This document shows, piece after piece, positions 38,376 through 48,642 of a DNA stretch of 64,000 nt. The DNA is from a virus. Taxonomy: Duplodnaviria; Heunggongvirae; Uroviricota; Caudoviricetes. Position 1 is the stretch's first letter. Every line of letters starts with the position of its first letter. Under the pieces are notes generated by a model, which ran no database searches, was not told the DNA's origin, and worked only from the letters and a program-made list of their open reading frames with translations. The stretch spans positions 1-64,000 of IMG/VR virus record IMGVR_UViG_3300030035_000081. One strand, 5' to 3'. Made by a program: the position numbers and the translations under genes.

Positions 38376-40106
38376 ATGACACTGAACGACTTGTCAAGCG
38401 AACAGCAGGAATTCGTACATTTGGCATTGTCGGGCAAAAACGTATTGTGTGACGCCTGCATCGGCAGCGGAAAAACATCGACTATCAACGTACTCTGCGA
38501 TGCATATCCACCAGAACGGCGTATTTTGTACTTGACCTACAACCGATTACTCAAACTTGATGCCAAAGACAAAATCAAAAATCATAATGTCTTGGTCCAG
38601 AACTATCACGGATTTGCAAGCCTGCTGCTGAACAAAAAGGGAATCCGAAATTGCGGGCAGGGTGAACAGCTCGCTATGGTATTGGAAAAGAAAATTCCGA
38701 TTCCGCCGATTGATACTCTTATCATTGACGAGTATCAGGATATCAATGACGAGATTGCAGAACTGCTCAAATATATCCGCTCTAAGAATCCGGGCCTTCA
38801 AATCGTCGCAGTGGGCGATATGAAGCAGAAAATCTACGATGATACAGCGCTGGATGTCTGGGAGTTCATGCAGGATTTTCTCGGCCGCCATGAACAGGTG
38901 GTTTTCACGAAGTGTTTCCGTATTTCCCATGACTTGGCAGAACGGCTTGGCAATATCTGGGGTAAGACCATCAACGGCGTAAATAGCTCCTGTATCGTGG
39001 AACAGATGTCGGTCGATGAAGTGACAGAGTTCCTGAATAAGCAGAACCCAAAAAATGTCCTTTGCCTGGGTGCTCGAATTGGAGCCATGACGAAGGTGCT
39101 CAATGACTTAGAGAATCGACCGGGGAACCTCTATGACAAGCATCATGTCTATGCAAGTATCGCAGACAATGATGGGAATAAGGCAGTAGCACCCTCCTCG
39201 GATGTTGGTATCTTCACAACTTTTGACGGCAGTAAAGGTATGGAGCGACCTATCTGTGTCGTGTTCGATTTCACTGAAGAATACTGGTCGTCCCGCACAA
39301 GCAAGCCGATGTCACGATATGAGATTCTTCGGAATCTGTTTTGTGTCGCAGCAAGCCGAGGAAAGCAGCGGATTATCTTCGTGAACTATGACCATCCGTT
39401 GAGCGATAAATCCCTGATGACTCCGACTGGAATGAATTGCGTGTTCCGGCATCCGTTTTCGTTCTCCGAGATGTTCGACCACAAATTCATCGAAGATGTG
39501 GATGCTTGCTATAAGCTGCTGGAAGTTACACCGATTGAACGCGATGACAATACGACCATTGATGTACAGACAGCAGACGCAATGATTGATTTATCTCCCT
39601 GTATCAGTATCTACATGCAGGCAGGCTTCTTTAATTCCTATGATATCGATGACGCACTCGCTTATTACATGGACCTACACAAGGACATGCAGTATTTGAA
39701 AATCAAGAAAGGCGCAACGGTCGAGGATAAGGTTCTGCTGCTCACGGCGCTTGAAACGAATCAGTGCCGGTATGTAAAACAGGTCAAGCCTCCTTTTGTG
39801 AGCGCAAAAGCCAAAATGTCGCTCAGTATGCGGCTTGGCACCGTGTTCACTCCCGATGAGTATGTTCAGGCACGCGGAGATATCGACATCCATACTAATG
39901 ACCATAAAGTGATTTATACTTCGGGCCTTGCGGATGTCGTAAAGAACAACACCGTCTACTGCATCAAGTTCATCAGCAGTCTGGCACACAAGCATTTTCT
40001 GCAGTGTGCGTGTTCTATGATTGCGCTGGGTCTTCCATATGGCGTTGTCTGGAACGTGAAAAGTAACCTGATGTACAGCGTAAAAATCAAGGATAGGGCG
40101 CTCTGA
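38376..40106 (+). CDS. UvrD/PcrA-like SF1 helicase (compact, 576 aa)
   Basis: Motif I GSGKTS, motif II IIDEYQD. Confidence 0.8.
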   Translation: MTLNDLSSEQQEFVHLALSGKNVLCDACIGSGKTSTINVLCDAYPPERRILYLTYNRLLKLDAKDKIKNHNVLVQNYHGFASLLLNKKGIRNCGQGEQLAMVLEKKIPIPPIDTLIIDEYQDINDEIAELLKYIRSKNPGLQIVAVGDMKQKIYDDTALDVWEFMQDFLGRHEQVVFTKCFRISHDLAERLGNIWGKTINGVNSSCIVEQMSVDEVTEFLNKQNPKNVLCLGARIGAMTKVLNDLENRPGNLYDKHHVYASIADNDGNKAVAPSSDVGIFTTFDGSKGMERPICVVFDFTEEYWSSRTSKPMSRYEILRNLFCVAASRGKQRIIFVNYDHPLSDKSLMTPTGMNCVFRHPFSFSEMFDHKFIEDVDACYKLLEVTPIERDDNTTIDVQTADAMIDLSPCISIYMQAGFFNSYDIDDALAYYMDLHKDMQYLKIKKGATVEDKVLLLTALETNQCRYVKQVKPPFVSAKAKMSLSMRLGTVFTPDEYVQARGDIDIHTNDHKVIYTSGLADVVKNNTVYCIKFISSLAHKHFLQCACSMIALGLPYGVVWNVKSNLMYSVKIKDRAL

Positions 40107-40297
40107 TTGACGCAATCCTCAAGTGCATCACGAAACGAGCTTACAACGGCGCGGATTATTACACCTGCCGAAAAGGCTTTGTACAGGATACGGCATCGAT
40201 TATCGACCGCTGGACTGACGACGGATATGCGGAAGAACCCACCGCCATCACTTCTGGCGACGGTATCGCCATCATCAAGCAGGGAACTCGCTATTTT

Positions 40298-41095
40298 GTG
40301 ATGGACGGGGCACGCCGAAACACTCTGAACGATAATTTTGGGCTTGGTTTTGCCGATGTGAAAGACGCTTGTCTTGCTTATGCGAAGAGTTGTGAACTCC
40401 AGAAAATCGTGGACCATGATTCTCCTTATTCCGAAGTTGAATTCTGGCTCGACCAGAACAAGGCATTTGAGGAATACATGACGCAGGTAAGCCATGAAAT
40501 CGAACAGCACAAGGAAGGACCGTATGCAAAGTATAAGTCTTTCGCTGCTCCTGCTGTCCGAAAGATGCTGGCTGAAAAGGGACTGACCATCATGTTCCCG
40601 GAAAAGGTCCTCATCAAGGTCTGGAAGATGCGCCGTGTCGAAGATGCCATGTATCAGAAAATTGAAGAAGCAAAGAAGCAGAACAGCTCCAATGTACCGC
40701 TTGATGAGGCGTTCTTTGACTCTGAACTGGTGGATTCCGTTGAGGGAAGCATCGAAAGCGCCAAGGCAAAATCCAAGTCCAAAAAGGAATCCGTATTACC
40801 ATTTTCCAAGTACGGCACAGATGAGAAGAAGAGCTATCGTGTCGTGAAAAGCGATGAACTCTCAAAGCCCAATCAGCCCCGTTATGTTGTGGTCGAGGCC
40901 GCAACTGATAAGGTCCTGGACAATGCTAACGGATATGGCTACCTTTCCTATCAGGCTGCCTGGAAAGGGTATTCGTACAAGAGCAAGCATCATCTGGACG
41001 GCACGAAGAAACCGATGAGTAAGAGTACAAAAGAGCAGGCAAAGAAAAAGGCGGCTTTCTTTTCAACTGACTCGGAGCAGCTCAGTTTCGGCTGA
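40298..41095 (+). CDS. hypothetical protein; the reading frame is open a further 67 codons upstream (from 40097) with no canonical start
   Basis: ORF table start 40298. In-frame stop-free extension abuts the helicase stop codon. Confidence 0.5.
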   Translation: MMDGARRNTLNDNFGLGFADVKDACLAYAKSCELQKIVDHDSPYSEVEFWLDQNKAFEEYMTQVSHEIEQHKEGPYAKYKSFAAPAVRKMLAEKGLTIMFPEKVLIKVWKMRRVEDAMYQKIEEAKKQNSSNVPLDEAFFDSELVDSVEGSIESAKAKSKSKKESVLPFSKYGTDEKKSYRVVKSDELSKPNQPRYVVVEAATDKVLDNANGYGYLSYQAAWKGYSYKSKHHLDGTKKPMSKSTKEQAKKKAAFFSTDSEQLSFG

Positions 41096-41313
41096 TTCAG
41101 ACGACAGAGCTAGGACTCATAATCTCAGCGGCAGGGATGCCTTATCGCCGCTGGTGAGAGGAGGTGTTATGCACGGGCTCAGAACGTTACGCATTGTTTC
41201 GATGCAGCCACGCCAACTCGACCAACACGAATATAATCACAAATCAGGGAATTTTTCTGAATATCAATAACAAATATCAAACACACGCCTACTTGGGCAG
41301 AAAGGAATCACAA

Positions 41314-42180
41314 ATGGGACGCTATAATTTCAATCAGAGAACGCGGGATGGCTACGAAATCTCGCCCGAACAGGCAGCAAAATGGCTTGAGAGGAACGAT
41401 AACAATCGGAACGTGAACGTCGCCAAAGTCAAAAAGATGGCGAAGGACATGAGAGAAGGACATTGGGATACTACGCATCAGGGTATTGCCATCGCCTCCG
41501 ATGGCACGCTGGTTGACGGACAACATCGGCTGCTCGCTATCGTCGAGTCCGGTGTGACCGTGCGTATGAACGTGACCTTTAATGCCGCTAAGTCTCAGCA
41601 CATCGATTCCGGAAACATCCGCTCCATGGCGAACCGTGTGCAGATGTCCGAGTACGATATGAGCTGGACGAACAATACGATTCTCTCCGCAGCAAACCTC
41701 ATCGGCCGCGTGTTCGCAGGCTCGAACCTCAGTCACGAGGAAGCTTTGAGCGAATGGCTGATGAAATACCGCACGCAAATCGAATCCGCCACCAAGTGCA
41801 TCAAGAAGGCTACGCTGCCGGGACTCAATTCCGCAGGTACAACAGCGGCCATCATTGTGGCTGCCATGAACGATGTTCCCGCTATTTATATCGAGAAGTT
41901 CATGGACGTGTTCTATTCGGGGTTCACCAACAATGAAGCCGAACATTATGCTATCACGCTGCGGGACGAACTGCTGCGCGAAAACCGTGTCAAGCGCGGC
42001 ACACAGTATGCAAGGTTTGCCTTTTTCCGTACTGCAAACCGACTGAACCAGTATTATAAGACTGCCACCGGGCAGCGCGTTGCTAAGCGCGTCAATAACG
42101 GTGACTTCCCATACAATGTCTACGATGCCAACGGCGGTATCGTAAAGCCCGAAACCAAGAAGACGAAGAAGGCGGTATAA
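41314..42180 (+). CDS. ParB N-terminal-domain (ParB/Srx-like nuclease) protein
   Basis: DGTLVDGQHRLLAI motif. 288 aa. Antisense 306-aa ORF judged spurious. Confidence 0.7.
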   Translation: MGRYNFNQRTRDGYEISPEQAAKWLERNDNNRNVNVAKVKKMAKDMREGHWDTTHQGIAIASDGTLVDGQHRLLAIVESGVTVRMNVTFNAAKSQHIDSGNIRSMANRVQMSEYDMSWTNNTILSAANLIGRVFAGSNLSHEEALSEWLMKYRTQIESATKCIKKATLPGLNSAGTTAAIIVAAMNDVPAIYIEKFMDVFYSGFTNNEAEHYAITLRDELLRENRVKRGTQYARFAFFRTANRLNQYYKTATGQRVAKRVNNGDFPYNVYDANGGIVKPETKKTKKAV

Positions 42181-42294
42181 ACCTAAATTAAATCGGCTTG
42201 ACTTTTTGCGGCTGCACGAATGTTGCAAAGCTCAGATATAATCCCGAAATTCTGATAATACGCATGGAAAATTGTTGCAAGGAGGACGAAAACT

Positions 42295-42570
42295 ATGAAT
42301 GAATTCAAAGCAAGGAGCACGCTGGGAAGCGAGGCTGTCCCGGTTTTCGACGATGACGGTGAGCTCACGGAATGGCTGCACCGGGACAACTATACTGTCG
42401 AGGAATTGGAACTGATGAACTTTGTCGGCGATGAAAAGCCCGTCATCAAAAAGGACGGCGTGAAAATCATCCGGGATGGCACGGTCATTCGGAGGACCAA
42501 CACTGAAACAAGAAAAACTGAATTTCTATTCATCCCGCGCATTGTCACCAGCGAACAGAAAACGGTGTGA
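42295..42570 (+). CDS. hypothetical protein (91 aa)
   Basis: AAGGAGGA RBS. Confidence 0.5.
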   Translation: MNEFKARSTLGSEAVPVFDDDGELTEWLHRDNYTVEELELMNFVGDEKPVIKKDGVKIIRDGTVIRRTNTETRKTEFLFIPRIVTSEQKTV

Positions 42571-42860
42571 GGTGCAACGTGGTCAAAATTTATGGGTCCA
42601 GTGACGACCTTGTCTGCCTGGATAATTCCAACTATGGGGTCGATGAAATTGGTTGCTTCGATGTCAAGGGAGTTCGGCTATTCCTGGACGACGATACCAT
42701 TATTGTCGTGCGCTATACGAACGGTATCTGGCGCATTGAAATTGAACGCAAGGGCACGGCACCATATCAGCATGAGGTCTGTGCGGGCAATGATGAGGCC
42801 GATTACAGCGATATCTTTTGTACGGAATCCGACGTTATTGCGCACGAAATCATTCGATGA
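42567..42860 (+). CDS. hypothetical protein (97 aa)
   Basis: Overlaps upstream stop (GTGA). Confidence 0.5.
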   Translation: MRCNVVKIYGSSDDLVCLDNSNYGVDEIGCFDVKGVRLFLDDDTIIVVRYTNGIWRIEIERKGTAPYQHEVCAGNDEADYSDIFCTESDVIAHEIIR

Positions 42861-42874
42861 GGATTGGAGCAGCC

Positions 42875-43540
42875 ATGGCAAAAACTCTTCTGACTCAAAA
42901 AATAGAATCAGCGCTAAAGGTTTGGCATCCTGCCAACTATGGTGGATACCGGGTTGATTCGTTTCGTCAAGGCTTCGACGCTCTGGAAGTACCTGTCGAG
43001 TGCGGTTCGATAAAATCCGGCCTTGTTGACTTCGTTCGGGTTCAAGAGTGCTTCACATCAGAAACAAAATGTGGGACCTGCAAACTCTCAATGTACAGGG
43101 ATGAGGACAGAGACTTAGTTATGCCGTCCATCCGGCAGTGGATGCAGGAGGTATCATGCCCCAAAGATATCTCTGACTGGAATTTTCGAAACAAACCTTG
43201 TACGGAACGGTTCTGCAGGCTGTACAAAACGAAACATACATACACCATCGACACCGTCGTCACCTGCGTAGAAATTAAGGTTTCCGTGAGTGACTTTCAC
43301 TCTGACCATGGCCACAACTTTGTGGGGCACTGTAACTACTATGCGATGCCGTTAGCACTATACAAGAAAGTCAAAGATGAGATTCCTGATGGTATAGGAG
43401 TTCTGCTATATTACAACGGCGAAAATACCTGCGGGATTCGCAAGAAAATCGAATGCAAGCCCCGCCAACTCTCAGAGAAAACCCAGAAATGGCTCATCAT
43501 ATCAGTTGCTAAGCGACTGACAAAAATGAGCAAAGCATAA
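42875..43540 (+). CDS. PD-(D/E)xK-like nuclease-fold protein (tentative; D...EIK motif)
   Basis: IDTVVTCVEIKVS. Cys-rich N-terminus. Confidence 0.45.
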   Translation: MAKTLLTQKIESALKVWHPANYGGYRVDSFRQGFDALEVPVECGSIKSGLVDFVRVQECFTSETKCGTCKLSMYRDEDRDLVMPSIRQWMQEVSCPKDISDWNFRNKPCTERFCRLYKTKHTYTIDTVVTCVEIKVSVSDFHSDHGHNFVGHCNYYAMPLALYKKVKDEIPDGIGVLLYYNGENTCGIRKKIECKPRQLSEKTQKWLIISVAKRLTKMSKA

Positions 43541-43669
43541 ACAATTATTCTGCGAATATCACGATGCCATAAAGATATTCGCAGCGATAAAAATTTTCTA
43601 AAAAAGGAGAGAGATATAGTGAGCTCTTAGACAAAAGCTAAATTATAAAGCGACAGCAAAGGAGAAAAA

Positions 43670-43786
43670 ATGAAGAAGTTTTTGAAAATCATCATTTTCG
43701 CTATCCTGGTCGGATTTGGCGTTATCTGGTATTCAGAAAGCCAAAAGCGCCGGACCATGATTCCGCTCGAATTTCGAGGCGAGTGA
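43670..43786 (+). CDS. small membrane peptide (38 aa)
   Basis: AAAGGAGAAAAAA RBS then ATG. Single TM helix. Below the ORF-table cutoff. Confidence 0.35.
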   Translation: MKKFLKIIIFAILVGFGVIWYSESQKRRTMIPLEFRGE

Positions 43787-43787
43787 G

Positions 43788-44000
43788 ATGCGAAAAAATA
43801 TCAAAATTGTGCTGGAAAGCATCTGGTATCTAATTCTGCCGGTGTTTATTTTTGTACTTAACATTAGATATTGGCATGGGTATCTAGCGAATCCTGGCTG
43901 GTCCTTGACCCATCCGTCATATGTTGTTCTTGGATTTGTCTTGAGCGCTGCGTTGTGCTTTGAGATTGTATATATCGACATCAAGTTTGGGGAAAAATAG
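43788..44000 (+). CDS. small membrane protein (70 aa)
   Basis: Start overlaps the upstream stop (TGAGATG). Two TM helices. Confidence 0.5.
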   Translation: MRKNIKIVLESIWYLILPVFIFVLNIRYWHGYLANPGWSLTHPSYVVLGFVLSAALCFEIVYIDIKFGEK

Positions 44001-44002
44001 CG

Positions 44003-44030
44003 CTTGCCAAAATATACGAACGCCGTACAA
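44003..44030 (+). promoter_or_regulatory. degenerate island promoter family member: -35 TTGCCA, spacer AAATATACGAACGCCG, -10 TACAAT
   Basis: Seen in sequence. Confidence 0.4.
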
Positions 44031-44142
44031 TGTAAAGTGTGAACAGATACTAAGCAATCAGTAGGATTCACAATCTGTATTTTAAGCGGACTTATCCCAT
44101 AGCGGGGTAGGTCCGCTTTTTTTGTTGAAAGGAGAAGAATTC

Positions 44143-45303
44143 ATGAAAATTAAAAACAAGCTTTTACGGAGTACAGCGGCAATCATCGCTGCGCTCTTTG
44201 CACTCAGCTTCACCGGCTGCGGTCAGAGTCCGATAACCTCGGAAAGTCCATCCAGCACCGGGGCCGTCTCAGAAAGCGCTGCAAGCAGCGAGCAGACGGC
44301 TGGCGATTCGGTGGACGGCAGCTTTACTATTCACTTTATAGACGTAGGGCAGGCGGATTCCGCCCTTATCACCTGTGACGGCCACTCAATGCTTATTGAT
44401 GGCGGTAATGTAGATGATTCTAACCTCTTATATTCTGTTATGCAGCGTGAAACCGATGGACACCTGGATTATGTCGTTGGGACTCACGCGCACGAAGACC
44501 ACATCGGCGGCTTGTCCGGTGCTTTTGAGGCCGTCACTGCGGACATGACTCTATGCCCTGTGACGGAATACGACAGCAAAGCCTTTCGGGACTTTGCAAG
44601 CTACGCGGAGCAAAAAGGCGGAGGCATCACGATACCGGATGTGGGTGAAACTTACACTCTGGGGGAAGCGAAATTCACGATAGTTGGTGTTAATTCTGTT
44701 CCCGATGACACAAACAACACATCGATTGTTCTGCGTATTGTCTACGGGGATACTTCGTTTCTCTTTACCGGTGATGCTGAACAGGAAGCAGAAAATGTGA
44801 TACTTGCATCAGGACAAGACATTCAGTCAACAGTTCTGAAAGTAGGTCATCACGGCTCAAGCACATCTACCTCAGAGGCTTTTCTGGATGCGGTAAATCC
44901 AACATATGCTGTGATTTCTTGTGGCACAGGGAACAGTTACGGTCATCCACATCAGGAAACACTCGACAAGCTGCAAAACAAAGGTGTCGAGGTTTATCGC
45001 ACAGACCTGCTGGGTGATATTTACTGCTCATCTGATGGCAAAGAAGTGAGTTTCACATCCGACGAATATCATGATGAGAATCGGGTTGAAGCCGGTAGTG
45101 CTGCAGACTCCAAGGATAAACATAACAGCAGCCCTCTTGTGATAGACGAGACATACGTTCTGAACACGAGCACCATGAAGTTCCACATGCCCGATTGCTC
45201 TGCAGTCGAATCGATGAGCCAGAAGAATCGAATCGACTATATGGGTTCGCGTGACGAACTCATCCAGGAAGGGTATTCGGCTTGCGGAATTTGCAAACCT
45301 TAA
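44143..45303 (+). CDS. MBL-fold metallo-hydrolase lipoprotein (ComEC/Rec2-type beta-lactamase domain) with a C-terminal Cys4 region
   Basis: Lipobox LSFTGC. HFIDVGQADS, GTHAHEDHIGG and KVGHHGS motifs. Confidence 0.8.
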   Translation: MKIKNKLLRSTAAIIAALFALSFTGCGQSPITSESPSSTGAVSESAASSEQTAGDSVDGSFTIHFIDVGQADSALITCDGHSMLIDGGNVDDSNLLYSVMQRETDGHLDYVVGTHAHEDHIGGLSGAFEAVTADMTLCPVTEYDSKAFRDFASYAEQKGGGITIPDVGETYTLGEAKFTIVGVNSVPDDTNNTSIVLRIVYGDTSFLFTGDAEQEAENVILASGQDIQSTVLKVGHHGSSTSTSEAFLDAVNPTYAVISCGTGNSYGHPHQETLDKLQNKGVEVYRTDLLGDIYCSSDGKEVSFTSDEYHDENRVEAGSAADSKDKHNSSPLVIDETYVLNTSTMKFHMPDCSAVESMSQKNRIDYMGSRDELIQEGYSACGICKP

Positions 45304-45441
45304 AGGGGTATTTACGAAATTTGGTGGTTTGAATAAAATCATTTAATTTTGTATAGCGCCGTTCACCTTCTGGTGGACGGCTTTTTTCATGCAGCAGCGC
45401 AAAACAATAGGGCAGCGACCGCAATGGCCGTTGCCCTGTTT

Positions 45442-46269
45442 TCATTTTTGTATGAGATAGCTATAATGATGCATCTGCCGACGAATAAGCGCTTCACAAC
45501 GATTGCAGATGTCATTGCCATACTCAGAACGGAATACATCGATTATGTCCTTTACATCATGCGAACCAAAAGAAAACCTTAATTGGATGCCATATAATCC
45601 CTCTGCAGCATCAAGCTGGTCATCAAAATGCCGCGAAAACGGCTTTGCTTCTATTGCTTGCAGACAATCTTCTAATGGTCGTTCCAAAGGAAAATCCAAA
45701 CTGGTGTCGGATAAGAGTGACAAGCCATTGTCGAACAACGGACAGAGCGAATAGGTCTCATCGGTATCGTCATACAAAACAGCGATGTTGTTCGTGTGGC
45801 GGTCCTCGTTCAAGAAGAAAGCATCGACTTCGAGCATTGCTGTCAGATATGGTCCAAAGTCTCTGATTCCGGTATGCTTCTCAACGAAATCAACCAAGAA
45901 CTTGATTCTTTCTTGGACATCACCCTGCTTTGCAGTATCAATGGCAAGGCTGCCACCGGTATAGCTGCGATAGAGCTTTTCGAGAGGTATTAGCGTGGCT
46001 CTGCTGTTCTTGAGAATAAAATTCTCACTTCTGCATCCATTGTATGTCCGACCGTGATATAAAATCTTGGAATATTCGTACTTCACGAAAGGGTACTTGA
46101 TGCTGGACCTTACAAGCAATGCAGACACGATGCTTTCGGCTAAGCCTTCGTATCCCATGTGGTCAGCCTTATACCAGTAACCGTCGTACTTCCATTTCAG
46201 CTGATTGCCTTTAGATGTGTGATTTAGAGTTTCTTGCGGCTCTAAGTTGTTGAAGTCAACAAGCTGCAT
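45442..46269 (-). CDS. HipA-like Ser/Thr kinase toxin (HipA C-terminal domain only)
   Basis: FFLNEDRHTNNIAVL (D.H..N catalytic loop) and CPLFDNG. Confidence 0.6.
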   Translation of the reverse strand: MQLVDFNNLEPQETLNHTSKGNQLKWKYDGYWYKADHMGYEGLAESIVSALLVRSSIKYPFVKYEYSKILYHGRTYNGCRSENFILKNSRATLIPLEKLYRSYTGGSLAIDTAKQGDVQERIKFLVDFVEKHTGIRDFGPYLTAMLEVDAFFLNEDRHTNNIAVLYDDTDETYSLCPLFDNGLSLLSDTSLDFPLERPLEDCLQAIEAKPFSRHFDDQLDAAEGLYGIQLRFSFGSHDVKDIIDVFRSEYGNDICNRCEALIRRQMHHYSYLIQK

Positions 46270-46281
46270 ATTGGCCTCCTG

Positions 46282-46884
46282 TTACGCGGCAGGTCTCTTA
46301 ATAAGCTGCATCCACTGATGGTCACCTGCTATGCGGCCTTCCGTCTTCTCGATGATAAGGAGCGGGTCATAAAAAGGAACGCCCATATCACGCAGAATTT
46401 CCTTGATACCGGCCCGGCTCGCAGGAAGGCAACGGTCTTGCAGGAAAATCTCGAAATCTTTCCACGAAGGTTCTTCCACCACACCGAATGCGCGAAGAGG
46501 GATTTTATCTGTATAGTTTTTGATTTTGATTTTTTCGTGGCGGAAATCAACATCAATCGTAGTACAGAGCTGCTGCCTGTTCATGTAGTTGATACGCAGA
46601 GTATAATTCGGGTCGTCACTGAAATGCTGAGCTTTGTCGAGATACTTGTATATCGTCTGGCGGGAAACTTCGTATTTATCCGCGATAGCAGCTGCACTAA
46701 AACCGGAATTATGCAGCTCCACAATATCGACTATCTGGTCTTCAGATAAACAAGATTTCCTTCCCGCATTGCGTGGATTTTTTTGAGTGCATGGCACACT
46801 TTTGAGCTGTGCAGCATACTGGCGCAGCTGATTAAGGTCGGTGGTGCCAAAGATGTCTCTGATTTGCTCTTGATAAATATCCAT
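46282..46884 (-). CDS. HTH DNA-binding protein, putative HipB/HipS-like antitoxin partner
   Basis: Resolvase-type HTH SAAAIADKYEVSRQTIYKYL. 12-nt gap to the kinase gene. Confidence 0.5.
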   Translation of the reverse strand: MDIYQEQIRDIFGTTDLNQLRQYAAQLKSVPCTQKNPRNAGRKSCLSEDQIVDIVELHNSGFSAAAIADKYEVSRQTIYKYLDKAQHFSDDPNYTLRINYMNRQQLCTTIDVDFRHEKIKIKNYTDKIPLRAFGVVEEPSWKDFEIFLQDRCLPASRAGIKEILRDMGVPFYDPLLIIEKTEGRIAGDHQWMQLIKRPAA

Positions 46885-47013
46885 TGCAATACAGCCCTCC
46901 TTTCACTCTAACTATACCAACACAGCACCAAATTGTCAATAAATTAAATTGCAGACAAAGTCGCAAGCTCTGTCTGACCATTTTGTTTTTGCGGTTCAAA
47001 TCCCAAATCATAG

Positions 47014-47041
47014 TTGCGTGCTTGTGCGAACCGACTACAAT
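47014..47041 (+). promoter_or_regulatory. island promoter family member 13: -35 TTGCGT, spacer GCTTGTGCGAACCGAC, -10 TACAAT
   Basis: Seen in sequence. Confidence 0.6.
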
Positions 47042-47178
47042 AAAAATTGTACGATAGATAACATTCCATATCGAAAGGGTTTTATGCCTTTCGTACATTC
47101 ACAATTTCGCTTAAAGGGCGGACTTCCTGTTTTTAGGGAGCCCGCCCTTTTTGTATGAACAAGAAGGAGCGTAATGCA

Positions 47179-47919
47179 ATGTTCAAAATTCACAATGACA
47201 AAGTCTATTTCGTCGCCGAAACCCCTGACATCAACAAAGTTATCGAAATCTTCCTACCTAAGGATGACCGTGGCACCATTATGGATTCACACGAAATCCG
47301 TGTGGACCTGTGCCGTGCCGTCATTCACATGGAGAAGAAGGGTGTCCGTGTCTTAAAGGTCCGCAACATTGAGGATGCCAACAAGGAAAGCATCGACATC
47401 TGGCACATGCCGGAGTATCAGGAGGCTGCAGAGTCTCCCGTAAGCGATGTGGTCAATGCCTGCATCGAGTCCTACTTTGATTCCGGTGCCATGTTCAATC
47501 TGCCATGCAAAGCAAACCGCAAAACCCATGAAGTTTTTGCTGTCGAATGCTGCGCAAGCCCCGATGATGATGACTCGTTCAGCCATGCAGATGTTGAAAT
47601 TGACGGGCAGTCCTACCCGCTCAATTTTGTCTCTGACATCATGGATGAGAACGATGCCGACAACGCATTGGATGAGTTCTACCGAATCCAGCAGACCGGC
47701 GAATATTGGGAAGCGCACGGCGGCAAATCGCTCACGGACGCTATCCATGAATGCCGTTGGGCTATCCTGAAGGATGCCATCCAGAAGCGCGGACATGAGG
47801 CTGTTGCTGATTTTGTCGGGACCGACATTTCCAGCGATACTTACGACCGCGTGATGGATGAAACCGAAGCCCAGATGCCGGACGAAGAGTTCGAGCGCTT
47901 CTGGGAAAAGTACATCTAA
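47179..47919 (+). CDS. acidic hypothetical protein (246 aa)
   Basis: AAGGAG RBS 9 nt upstream. Confidence 0.6.
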   Translation: MFKIHNDKVYFVAETPDINKVIEIFLPKDDRGTIMDSHEIRVDLCRAVIHMEKKGVRVLKVRNIEDANKESIDIWHMPEYQEAAESPVSDVVNACIESYFDSGAMFNLPCKANRKTHEVFAVECCASPDDDDSFSHADVEIDGQSYPLNFVSDIMDENDADNALDEFYRIQQTGEYWEAHGGKSLTDAIHECRWAILKDAIQKRGHEAVADFVGTDISSDTYDRVMDETEAQMPDEEFERFWEKYI

Positions 47920-47954
47920 GAAACATCTCACACACAGAAAGGGAGCATATTACT

Positions 47955-48281
47955 ATGGCTATTTTCAATACCAACGAATTTCTCCGCAAAACCTTCAGCA
48001 AGACCATCTTTGGTACTGCTGCACTTCGTCCGGAAGCAGTTTGTGCAGACGGCTTCACCCTGTCGATTCAGGCAAGTGGCATGCACTACTGCATACCGAA
48101 CGAAGACCTGTCGGACGGCAATTACTCTAAGGTCGAACTCAGCTACTTGTCTGAGGAGGTCGAAGAGTTTCTGCCGTTTGCTGAAGACGACGAGGCACCG
48201 CTGGCTACGGTCTACGGGTATGTGCCCGTAGAAACCGTAGACGCGGTTCTGGCCAAGCACGGCGGTATCGTCAACGCGTGA
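47955..48281 (+). CDS. hypothetical protein (108 aa)
   Basis: AAGGGAG RBS. Confidence 0.55.
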   Translation: MAIFNTNEFLRKTFSKTIFGTAALRPEAVCADGFTLSIQASGMHYCIPNEDLSDGNYSKVELSYLSEEVEEFLPFAEDDEAPLATVYGYVPVETVDAVLAKHGGIVNA

Positions 48282-48297
48282 GGGGAGGGAACTTACG

Positions 48298-48624
48298 GTG
48301 GAAGTATTCACTATCGTCGCCAATGAGGTCATTGGCTTATCCGCAACGGAATGCACACTGATTCAGTTTAGCTACAATCCGGAGCAAATCCGTGACCCCG
48401 AAACGGTCCTGCGCAGTGCTGTCAAGGACTATCTCAAGACGGATGAAGGCAAACGACAGCTGGAAATCAACTGTGGTTGCTGGAACTGGGGCGATGTCGA
48501 TGACATTCCCGGCTCGTTCTTCTTGAACTATGGTCTGACTAAAATCGCTCCGCCGGATGTGAATGTTGTCGTCGACCGCAACGAGAACTTCATGGACGAC
48601 TACGAGGATTGCGAGGAAGAATAA
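48298..48624 (+). CDS. acidic hypothetical protein (108 aa; GTG start)
   Basis: GAGGGA RBS. Confidence 0.5.
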   Translation: MEVFTIVANEVIGLSATECTLIQFSYNPEQIRDPETVLRSAVKDYLKTDEGKRQLEINCGCWNWGDVDDIPGSFFLNYGLTKIAPPDVNVVVDRNENFMDDYEDCEEE

Positions 48625-48642
48625 CAGAAAGGGCATGAAAAA

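Noticed and set aside
41308-42228. 306-aa minus-strand ORF
   Set aside because: Antisense to the ParB-like gene that carries the DGQHRL motif.
42197-42241. Possible additional member of the island promoter family (GCACGAATGTTGC ... TATAAT)
   Set aside because: The conserved block is displaced about 7 nt relative to the -10 and no properly spaced TTG -35 exists. Treated as fortuitous or highly degenerate.
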